Source: Pedosphaera sp.
GTDB taxonomy: Bacteria > Verrucomicrobiota > Verrucomicrobiia > Limisphaerales > SIBH01
NCBI GenBank assembly: GCA_031414955.1
Contig: JANOQV010000021.1
Span: 1-22,931, forward strand
Direction of reading: 5' to 3'
Length of the DNA stretch: 22,931 nucleotides
Shown: piece by piece, positions 8,901 to 14,927 of the stretch
Layout: each line of letters opens with the position of its first letter
How positions within the stretch are numbered: position 1 is the first letter of the stretch
The notes under the pieces: model-generated
Seen by the model: only the letters and a program-made list of their open reading frames with translations
Told to the model about the DNA's origin: nothing
Databases searched by the model: none
Made by a program: the position numbers and the translations under genes

Positions 8901-10544
8901 GGTGCTCACGGCGAGGAGGCCGTCGAGGAATGACGAATGAAGAATGAAGAATGAAGAAGTGAGAGGGGCCCGCTGCTGCGCGGCCACGCTGGCTTCTTCA
9001 TTCTGCCTTCCGCCTTCTGCCTTCATCGAAAGCAGCCGGTTCAAGTTCTGATAGCCGCGCACGGACTCCACATAGAGCAGCAGCGGGTGATTCTCCACGC
9101 GCAGTTCGGTTCCGAAAATCGGCTTGAGTCCCGCCTGTTTCGCCGCCAGTGCGAACTCCACCGCGCCGTGCAGATTGCCCGTGTCCGTCAACGCCACGGC
9201 GGACAGGCCGTGCTGCTTCGCCAGATTCACGATGGCCGTGGGCGACAGCGTGGAATCGAGAAACGTGTAGTAGCTGCGCACGCGCAGAGGAACGTAGGCC
9301 AGGGCCGCAGGACGAATGCAGAATGAAGAAACATTGGCGCGCGGACACGCCGGTTTCACTTCTGCGTTCTTCCTTCTGCCTTCCGGCTTCAACACAAAGT
9401 CGTGTCCGCGCCGCACCACCGACCAGCCCTTCGCGCGGCGCAGTGCGTCCAGCGCCACGGCCAGCCGTGCGCGCGCGGCGTGGTTCTTCGCCTCATTAAG
9501 CAGCGGCAGTTCCTGGAGGAAGACGCCGTGGTAAACATTGGAGAGCTTGAGCGACACCATGCGCAGGCTCACGCGGCGCTGCCACGCTTCGCGCAACATC
9601 ACGCGCAGCCGCCCATACACGTCCGTCTCCAGGTCAGTCGGTTCGATCAGGCTGGCGCTGCGCTGGTTTTCGTCGCGGTCGTTGTAGCGCACCTTCACCG
9701 AGAGCGTGCGCACGCTGCGACCTTCCTCGCGCACTTTGGCGAAAAGTTTGTCGGCCATGCGGCGCAGCGTGGCCTCGACGTATTCCTCGTCCGTCACGTC
9801 CTCGTTGAACGTCTCCTGCTGGCTGAAGGATTTTTGCGGCTCGCTCGCGGGAATCAGCGGGCGTTCATCGATGCCGTGGGCGAACTGCCGGATCAGCGGC
9901 GCCTGGCTGCCGAGCACCAGTTCCAGCAACTCCAGCGGCGTGGCCGCGATGTGCGCAATGTCCGCCAGACCCGCCGCGTTCAAGCGCAGGCTCGTTTTCG
10001 GCCCGATGCCCGGCAGCCACCGATTGGGCAGCGGATGCAGAAATTGCTTCTCCTGGCCCGCCGGCACTTCCTGAAACGCCGCCGGCTTGCTTAGCTTCGA
10101 GGCAATCTGGCTGATGAGTTTGTTCGTCCCGATGCCTTCACTCACGGTGATCTTCAGCGACTGCTGAATGGCCCGGCGCACAATGAGCGCGATTTCGTGC
10201 GCCGGCTTTTGGTGATTGGCCGTCAGGTCGAAGTAGCCTTCATCAATCGAGGTCTGCTCCACGTCTGGCGTGAAGTCGTAGGCGTAGCCGAACATCCAGT
10301 GGGAGAACTGCTCGTAGCGTTCGTAATCACCAGGCAATACGATGAGCTTCGGGCAAAGCTTCCGCGCCCGCGCCGTGGGCATGGGCGTGTAGATGCCGAA
10401 ACGCCGCGCTTCGTAGGAAGCCGAGGCGATGATGCCGCGGCTCTCGCCCCCGACCGCGATGGGCTGGCCGCGCAGGCGGGAGTCCGCCGCCTGCTCCACC
10501 GAGGCGAAGAAGGCGTCGGCATCGAGATGAACAATCGAGCGCAT
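5988..10544 (-). CDS. Fusion of Y-family DNA polymerase (DinB/Pol IV-like) and error-prone DNA polymerase III alpha (DnaE2-like)
   Basis: N-terminal ~385 aa: HLDADAFFASVE, ASYEARRFGI, TSIDEGYFD, GIGTNKLISQIASKLSKP, LPGIGPKT and a little-finger domain. From ~9296: PHP start YVPLRVRSYYTFLDS, TRGSAADSLVCYCLGI, PDIDIDF, HPCGVVL, GLVKLDVL, FAGYAFCKAHSTAY and a C-terminal OB fold. One uninterrupted frame. Confidence 0.92.
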   Translation of the reverse strand: MRSIVHLDADAFFASVEQAADSRLRGQPIAVGGESRGIIASASYEARRFGIYTPMPTARARKLCPKLIVLPGDYERYEQFSHWMFGYAYDFTPDVEQTSIDEGYFDLTANHQKPAHEIALIVRRAIQQSLKITVSEGIGTNKLISQIASKLSKPAAFQEVPAGQEKQFLHPLPNRWLPGIGPKTSLRLNAAGLADIAHIAATPLELLELVLGSQAPLIRQFAHGIDERPLIPASEPQKSFSQQETFNEDVTDEEYVEATLRRMADKLFAKVREEGRSVRTLSVKVRYNDRDENQRSASLIEPTDLETDVYGRLRVMLREAWQRRVSLRMVSLKLSNVYHGVFLQELPLLNEAKNHAARARLAVALDALRRAKGWSVVRRGHDFVLKPEGRRKNAEVKPACPRANVSSFCIRPAALAYVPLRVRSYYTFLDSTLSPTAIVNLAKQHGLSAVALTDTGNLHGAVEFALAAKQAGLKPIFGTELRVENHPLLLYVESVRGYQNLNRLLSMKAEGGRQNEEASVAAQQRAPLTSSFFILHSSFLDGLLAVSTDPRLAELFPGRFYQLAAKQNAAGRFPVVACPSIRYATPGDRAKYDIVQSIRTLTLLREEHPEKDRHGRFHFRPPQAMSEACREHPEWIAHSIEIAARCQFEMPFGKPQFPPFVPPDGSTAHEFLHKLVMDGARRRYPESQIADRKSQIEQELRIISAVGYEEYFLVVWNILQDCRAHGIEWITRGSAADSLVCYCLGISDVCPVRFGLYFRRFLNEERMALNKLPDIDIDFPHDRKDDVVNLIFARYGRAHCAVVGGFSTFQARSAFAEVAKVLGVAEREVRRFTEHFPWGFGDGWVPDQPAPMGGAGLRELLLASPENRDLPLDEEPFKTALDMGEFLDGFPRYPKMHPCGVVLSRQPMLELTTTFIAHKGYVTTHYDMDAVEAIGLVKLDVLAQGGLAVMRDVKQMTNDEGRMTKPDVRHSNFPSSNSAFDDPQIWDMISSGGGRAVHHIESPAMTGLCRQCHVRDIDTLIAIVSVIRPGAANEGKKLAFTRRYQGLEPITYPHSSLEPVLNDTFGLVVYEEHILQICEAFAGLPPGRADVLRRALNKQKRATIAEIHQEFIASAAARGHTTEKIEEVWRLVTGFAGYAFCKAHSTAYGVEAYQSAWLKLNHPAEFMAAVLSNGKGFYDPLVYVLESYRLGLKFLPPSVNEPGPGFKVKAEGGRPKAESTEDGTQVGRGVLTAPGHAAAMRARTVHASPRRAEDSDALPAAFCIQPVSIPAAIRVPLTRAKGLTDRTMKRLLAERERALFVSLTDFHQRVQPSPEEMEVMIRAGGFDEFGQTRTQQFWQAQLVRKGEVRMMNAEFNFGETSNPASTFFIEHSDFLREPTRRERLEAETELFGYAVSGHPLELFSDVAWDTYCPVARLGEHVGETVVTCGLVVEQRTHHQITGEPMKFLSLADWTGIVETELFAQTYKNYGLATVRYPVLEVTATVEPFENGRGFSLRVLRAGQPRMKQIESRTSGDAA
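6430..6517. repeat. In-frame inverted heptamer-repeat pair in the polymerase gene
   Basis: GAATGTT CAATGAA GAATGTT (6430-6450) and TTCTGCA TTCATCA TTCTTAC TTCTCCC TTCCTCA (6483-6517). Confidence 0.7.
6752..6925. repeat. In-frame heptamer-repeat pair enclosing a GTAG-type REP doublet (REPIN-like)
   Basis: GAATGCA GAAGGCA (6752-6765), then GCAGGTAGGGCGTCGCTGTCCTCAGCGCGCCGGG (from 6766), its inverted copy CCCGGCGCGGTGAGGACACCGCGCCCTACCTGC (6841-6873), then TTCTGCC TTCGGCC TTCCGCC TTCTGCC TTCACCT (6891-6925). Confidence 0.85.
7633..7680. repeat. In-frame inverted heptamer-repeat pair (TTCGTCA type)
   Basis: GAATGACGAA (7633-7642) pairs perfectly with TTCGTCATTC (7651-7660). Array TTCGTCA TTCGGCC TTCGTCA TTCGTCA at 7651-7678. 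Confidence 0.8.
8458..8492. repeat. In-frame heptamer tandem array (ATTTGCG type)
   Basis: ATCTGCG ATTTGCG ATCGGCG ATTTGAG ATTCGGG; encodes PESQIADRKSQI on the minus strand. Confidence 0.8.
8928..9028. repeat. In-frame inverted heptamer-repeat pair (GAATGAA/TTCTGCC type)
   Basis: GAATGAC (GAATGAA)x3 GAAGTGA (8928-8962) and TTCTTCA TTCTGCC TTCCGCC TTCTGCC TTCATCG (8994-9028). Confidence 0.88.
9314..9394. repeat. Inverted heptamer-repeat pair forming the DinB-DnaE linker
   Basis: GAATGCA GAATGAA GAAACAT (9314-9334) and TTCTGCG TTCTTCC TTCTGCC TTCCGGC TTCAACA (9360-9394). Confidence 0.78.
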
Positions 10545-10593
10545 GACGGGTGCATTCTCTCAGCCTGGGTGGGACAAATACGGTCCGTGTGGA

Positions 10594-11217
10594 TTATTCC
10601 TTCGTGCGTCGAATGAGCGCCTTGAACACGCCCTGGATCATCAACTCCTGCGCCGGGATGAGGTTCGGATACTTCGGGTTCTCCGCGCGCAGATACGGTT
10701 TCCCGCTTTTCATCACGTAGGTTTTGAGCGTGCTGTCGCCGTCGATCAGCGCGGCGACGACTTGCCCGTGACGCGGCTCCGGGCCGTGTTCCAGGACCAC
10801 GACGTCGCCGTCGAGAATGTGCCGGCCGATCATCGAGTCGCCGGTGACGCGCAGCGCGAACGTGTTCCGCGTCGGCTTGAAGCCAATGCTGTCCACGTCC
10901 ACGGAAACGCAACCCTCCGCGTCCTGTTCTTTTTTCTCGGCCAAGCCGGCCGGGATGGAGCCAAACAACGGGATGTCCGCGATACGGCTGCGCAGCTTGT
11001 GCAGCGGCGAAACGATGCGATAGGAACGAGCCTTGCCTGACTCTGATTCGACAAAGCCCTTGCGCTTCAAGGCGTCGAGATGATCCGCCGCCGCGCGCGA
11101 ACTCTGGAAGCCGAAGCGCGCCGCGATTTCGCGCAGGGTAGGGGAGGGGCTGCCGCCGTGTTGCGTGGTGCGGATGAATTCCAAGACCTGCCGCTGCCTT
11201 TGGGTTAACTCGTTCAT
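10594..11217 (-). CDS. lexA: LexA repressor
   Basis: LTQRQRQVLEFI...PTLREIAARFGFQSSRAAADHLDALKRKG winged HTH, Ala-Gly cleavage site (IPAG), catalytic Ser (VTGDSM) and Lys (TLKT). Confidence 0.96.
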   Translation of the reverse strand: MNELTQRQRQVLEFIRTTQHGGSPSPTLREIAARFGFQSSRAAADHLDALKRKGFVESESGKARSYRIVSPLHKLRSRIADIPLFGSIPAGLAEKKEQDAEGCVSVDVDSIGFKPTRNTFALRVTGDSMIGRHILDGDVVVLEHGPEPRHGQVVAALIDGDSTLKTYVMKSGKPYLRAENPKYPNLIPAQELMIQGVFKALIRRTKE

Positions 11218-11219
11218 AG

Positions 11220-11237
11220 ACTACTCAAGTGAGTAGT
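11220..11237. promoter_or_regulatory. Perfect palindrome, candidate LexA operator
   Basis: ACTACTCA-AG-TGAGTAGT, 2 nt upstream of the lexA ATG, overlapping the expected -10 region. Confidence 0.75.
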
Positions 11238-11258
11238 AGTCGCCACCGCGGTTGTCAA
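11230..11258 (-). promoter_or_regulatory. Putative lexA promoter
   Basis: Consensus -35 TTGACA (11258-11253, minus strand). 17 nt downstream is TACTCA, a weak -10 lying inside the palindrome. Confidence 0.55.
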
Positions 11259-11304
11259 TGGCCTTCAGTCGCTTCCGGAAAACGACCGGCGGGGCGGGGC
11301 CCCA

Positions 11305-12606
11305 TTACGGGCTGATCGCTGCGCCCGCGTTCACGGCTCGAATCTCCAACAACTCCGAAAGCGCAAATGGAAATTCCGCCCCCGCCGCAGTGCGGACCGT
11401 TCCGCGTTCGCCTTGGATCGAAAAATCCTTGGCGCGGATTTGTGAGCCGTCCTTGAGGATGAGTTCCCAGTTCGCGCTGTCGTTTCTACCGCCGAGCACG
11501 ACGGCGGCGGGGTGGTCGGACCAGCGCACGGTCTTCGCGCCGAAGAGGACGGTGCCGAGCACGATGCCTTGCGGCGTGAACTCACGCACCTCGCCCTCCA
11601 GCCAGTCGCGGTCATTCATCACCACGCCGGTCGTGGGCGAGATGGCCGGCTGTAAGGCGACCTGCGACGCCACGGGACGAAAGAGTAGGGCGGCGAGGCC
11701 ATTGATGTTGAACTCGTTGGTCACGCCCGCGCGGATAAACTGCACGGTGTCGTTGGTCGCGATGATCTGTCCGGCGAGCACCGTGCCGTCCCGCAGCACG
11801 AGGGCGGGAGCCGGGAGTTCGGCGCGGGCGCGGGCGCGGATGCCTTCGTGGAGGAAGACATCGCGGAACTGCGCCGTGCCGAGGGCCGAATTCACCTCGG
11901 TGGAAACAAAAATTCCGGCGCGCAATTCATTGCTCGTGCTGATGGAGATGCCCTCGACGGGCGACCAGTTCCTGCCGTCGTCGGAAAAGTAAGCCGTGAG
12001 TTGGGGGCCGCTGCGGCTGAGGCGCAACCAGCCGTTGCTTCGCTCAACGGGCAGCGTGCGGCGCGTGAACCCTTCGTCGCTGCGGGCGCGAAAGGTCAGC
12101 GCGCCCTTCGATGATTGCAGGATCGAGATATGCCGCGCGCGCGGTTCAAGGCTCTCGCGGATGCAAAGTCCGGCGAGCACCGTGCCGTCTGAATCGTCGA
12201 AGCTCTCCACGCGGGCGATGATTTCGCCGTCGCCGGTCAGCGGCACGCTGGCCAGGCGCACTCCATCCGCATCGCGCCACAAGCCCCAACCGGACGCGGT
12301 CAAGGTGATCGCGCCGTTCGTCCTGGCCGTCGAGCCGGGCTTGAACACCGCGCCGATGTCCGCGCTGGTCCAAGGGGCGTTGGTCAGCGTGATGGTTTTG
12401 GGCGCATCAAAAAAGGAGACACGCTGCACGTCGCTCATGGGCACGGTGGTCTTCTGGCCGGCGGCGGCGGTGATGACGATGGAATTGGATTCAAATGAGA
12501 CTGAACCATCGAAACTCGTGTGCTGCCGCGTTTCCAGGATGGCGGCGTCCACCGTGGCGGCCGGGAGGACCGCGAGCAGCAGACCTATCAGCACGAGACG
12601 CTTCAT
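11305..12606 (-). CDS. Exported hypothetical protein with a ConA/DUF1349-like beta-sandwich domain and repeated small beta modules
   Basis: Signal peptide MKRLVLIGLLLAVLPAATVDA at ATG 12606, 1 nt after the upstream stop. Segment WTSADIG...LTGDGEIIARVES...AGLCIRESL...WLRLSRSG...YFSDDGRNW resembles a lectin-like fold. Repeats LVLRDGTVLAG / VVMNDRDWLEG / LILKDGSQIRA. Confidence 0.8.
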   Translation of the reverse strand: MKRLVLIGLLLAVLPAATVDAAILETRQHTSFDGSVSFESNSIVITAAAGQKTTVPMSDVQRVSFFDAPKTITLTNAPWTSADIGAVFKPGSTARTNGAITLTASGWGLWRDADGVRLASVPLTGDGEIIARVESFDDSDGTVLAGLCIRESLEPRARHISILQSSKGALTFRARSDEGFTRRTLPVERSNGWLRLSRSGPQLTAYFSDDGRNWSPVEGISISTSNELRAGIFVSTEVNSALGTAQFRDVFLHEGIRARARAELPAPALVLRDGTVLAGQIIATNDTVQFIRAGVTNEFNINGLAALLFRPVASQVALQPAISPTTGVVMNDRDWLEGEVREFTPQGIVLGTVLFGAKTVRWSDHPAAVVLGGRNDSANWELILKDGSQIRAKDFSIQGERGTVRTAAGAEFPFALSELLEIRAVNAGAAISP

Positions 12607-12607
12607 C

Positions 12608-13471
12608 TCACTTGCGGCGCGGCTGGCGATTTTCCTGCTGTTCCCAGGCCGCGCGGAAAGTTGCCTCCAGATCCCGCTCGGCTTGCGCCCGCTCACGCTG
12701 CCATTCGCGCCAGAGCCTCTCGCCGTCCGCCCGCTGCTTCATCATGTCGGTGGTCCGGTCACCGAGTTTCTCGAACTCGCGAATCTTCTTCTCCAGTTCT
12801 TCCGAGGTCACGGTCTTGTCCCAGAGCCGGTCGTCGAGGGTCTGGCGGATGCGCCAGCGTTCCTCGGTCGAGCGCACCTCGGCTTCGGCGAGATGGGCGG
12901 CGTCCTCCAGCGCCAGTTGCTGCTCGCGCCCGACACCCGGCCCAATGGACTCGGCGTAACGTCCCCAGGCGGCGGAGGCCCGGCGTTTGGATTGCACCCA
13001 TTCCGCGCCAAAGGCCTTGGTGCGTGCGCCGCCCCACTTGGCCTGCATCTCCTCCGCCCATTTTTCACTGGGCCAGTTTTGGAATTGCTCGCGTCGGGCC
13101 TGCAAGCGTTTGCCCCAGTCACGACTCTCCCTGGCCTTCTCCGCGTCCCGGACGAGCGTTCGTGCCGCCTCCGCCTCGCCTTGGCGATAGGCGTCGATGG
13201 CCTTTTGAAAACCATCGATGAATCCCTGGTACTCTGCGGTGACCAGTCTCAAGTCACTCTTGGAGAAATCACCGGACTCCTGGAAGTCGGTGGTGAACGC
13301 CTGCTGCGTCTTCTGCCGCCAGCCCATGCGCTCCTGCAATTGGCGGATCTCTTTCGTGTAAGCGCCCGGCGAATCATCTGCCGCCGGCGCATCGGCGGCG
13401 TGGGCGAGCGGATGGCTGGCGACGCAGCCGGCCAGCGCAAGCAGCGCAACGCGTGCGGCAAATGAATTCAT
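12608..13471 (-). CDS. Exported alpha-helical hypothetical protein (possible lipoprotein)
   Basis: Only the C-terminal part of the 773-aa track ORF looks real: MNSFAARVALLALAGCVASHPLAHAA signal followed by charged helical sequence. Alternative start at 13480. Confidence 0.75.
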   Translation of the reverse strand: MNSFAARVALLALAGCVASHPLAHAADAPAADDSPGAYTKEIRQLQERMGWRQKTQQAFTTDFQESGDFSKSDLRLVTAEYQGFIDGFQKAIDAYRQGEAEAARTLVRDAEKARESRDWGKRLQARREQFQNWPSEKWAEEMQAKWGGARTKAFGAEWVQSKRRASAAWGRYAESIGPGVGREQQLALEDAAHLAEAEVRSTEERWRIRQTLDDRLWDKTVTSEELEKKIREFEKLGDRTTDMMKQRADGERLWREWQRERAQAERDLEATFRAAWEQQENRQPRRK

Positions 13472-13570
13472 GAGTTCCATCGTGAGCCTTATGGACGCCC
13501 AGGGAAACGGATTTGTTCCAAACCGAATCCAGTTTGATGAATCACTCGGTCCGTCGCGTCGGAACAAGGC

Positions 13571-14854
13571 ATGAACACCCAACAGACCCGCCGTGATTTC
13601 GTCCAGCGCACCACTGTCTTCAGCTTTGGCCTGGCCGCCGCGCCGCTTCTGGCGCGAGCGCAGACCAGTAAAAGCCCCGGCGAGAAATTGGTGGTGGGCG
13701 TGATGGGCCTGAGTCGCGGCGCGGCGCACGTCACCGCGCTGCAACAAATTGCCAACGTCGAGATCGCCTACGTGGCCGAGGTGGATGGGGACCGGATGGC
13801 CAAGCTCATGAAGAGCGCATTCGCCAAATCCGACCGGCCGGCCAAGGCGGTGCAGGACTTCCGCCGCATCCTCGACGACAAGAACGTGGATGCGCTCTTC
13901 ATCGCCGCGCCGAATTTCTGGCACGCTCCCGCGACGATCCTGGCGTGCGCTGCCGGCAAGCACGTCTATGTCGAGAAGCCCGGCTCGCACAACGCACGCG
14001 AGGCCGAACTGATGGTCGCCGCCGCCCGCAAACACAAGCGCGTGGTGCAGATGGGCAATCAGCGCCGCAGTTGGCCGGGCGTCATTGAGGCGATTGAAAA
14101 GCTCAAGTCCGGCGTGATCGGCGAGGTGCGTTACGCGCGCTGTTTCTACAACGCCAGTCGCGGTTCCATTGGCCGGGGCAAGGCGGTGTCGGTGCCGCCA
14201 GGCCTCGACTACACCATGTGGCAGGGGCCAACGCCTGATCGGCCTTACGTCGATAATCTTGTTCATTACAACTGGCACTGGCGCTGGCATTGGGGCGGCG
14301 GCGAACTGGCGAACAACGGCATCCACGCGCTCGACGTGGCGCGCTGGGGATTGGGCGTGGAACTGCCCGAACGCGTGAGTTGCAACGGCGGGCGCTATCA
14401 CTTCGAGGACGATCAGGAGACGCCCGACACGGCGGCGGCGGTCTATCACTTCGGCAAGAAGGGCATCCTGTGGGACAACAGCAGTTGCAACCCGCGCGGC
14501 GCGGACAACCTGCCGTTCGTGGCCTGGTACGGGGACAACGGCTCGCTCGCGAACTTCGGCAACGGCTACAAGGTTTTTGATCCCAAGGGCAAGTTGACGA
14601 GTGAAGGCACCGGCACCGCCGGAGAGAAAGGCCACATCGAGAACTTCCTCCAATCGATCCGTGGCGACGCGAAACCCAACTCCGAGATTGCCGCCGGCCA
14701 GACCAGCACGCTGCTCTGCCACCTCGGCAACATCGCCTATCGCACCGGCCACGAGATTCACTTCGACCCGAAGGCGCGCAAGATCGTCGGTGATCGTGAT
14801 GCGGACAAACTCTGGGGCCGCGAGTATCGCCAGGGCTGGGAACCCAAAGTGTAG
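13571..14854 (+). CDS. Tat-exported Gfo/Idh/MocA family oxidoreductase
   Basis: TRRDFV twin-arginine signal; DALFIAAPNFWHA, GKHVYVEKP, VQMGNQRRS and GELANNGIHALD. Confidence 0.92.
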   Translation: MNTQQTRRDFVQRTTVFSFGLAAAPLLARAQTSKSPGEKLVVGVMGLSRGAAHVTALQQIANVEIAYVAEVDGDRMAKLMKSAFAKSDRPAKAVQDFRRILDDKNVDALFIAAPNFWHAPATILACAAGKHVYVEKPGSHNAREAELMVAAARKHKRVVQMGNQRRSWPGVIEAIEKLKSGVIGEVRYARCFYNASRGSIGRGKAVSVPPGLDYTMWQGPTPDRPYVDNLVHYNWHWRWHWGGGELANNGIHALDVARWGLGVELPERVSCNGGRYHFEDDQETPDTAAAVYHFGKKGILWDNSSCNPRGADNLPFVAWYGDNGSLANFGNGYKVFDPKGKLTSEGTGTAGEKGHIENFLQSIRGDAKPNSEIAAGQTSTLLCHLGNIAYRTGHEIHFDPKARKIVGDRDADKLWGREYRQGWEPKV

Positions 14855-14927
14855 AACCAAAACGCAAAGTCCGGCCGGGTGGACTTGGGTTGGACACCGC
14901 AGGCTCGCCTGATAGTTTCGCCGCCGC

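Noticed and set aside
5988..10544. Inteins or group I/II introns explaining the polymerase insertions
   Set aside because: Inserts are 10-60 aa, lack C...HN intein ends and are far too short for self-splicing introns.
14857..14895. Terminator or degenerate CCAAAGT heptamer hairpin between the oxidoreductase and kbl
   Set aside because: The stem AAGTCC/GGACTT is only 6 bp with no U-tract; too degenerate to call.
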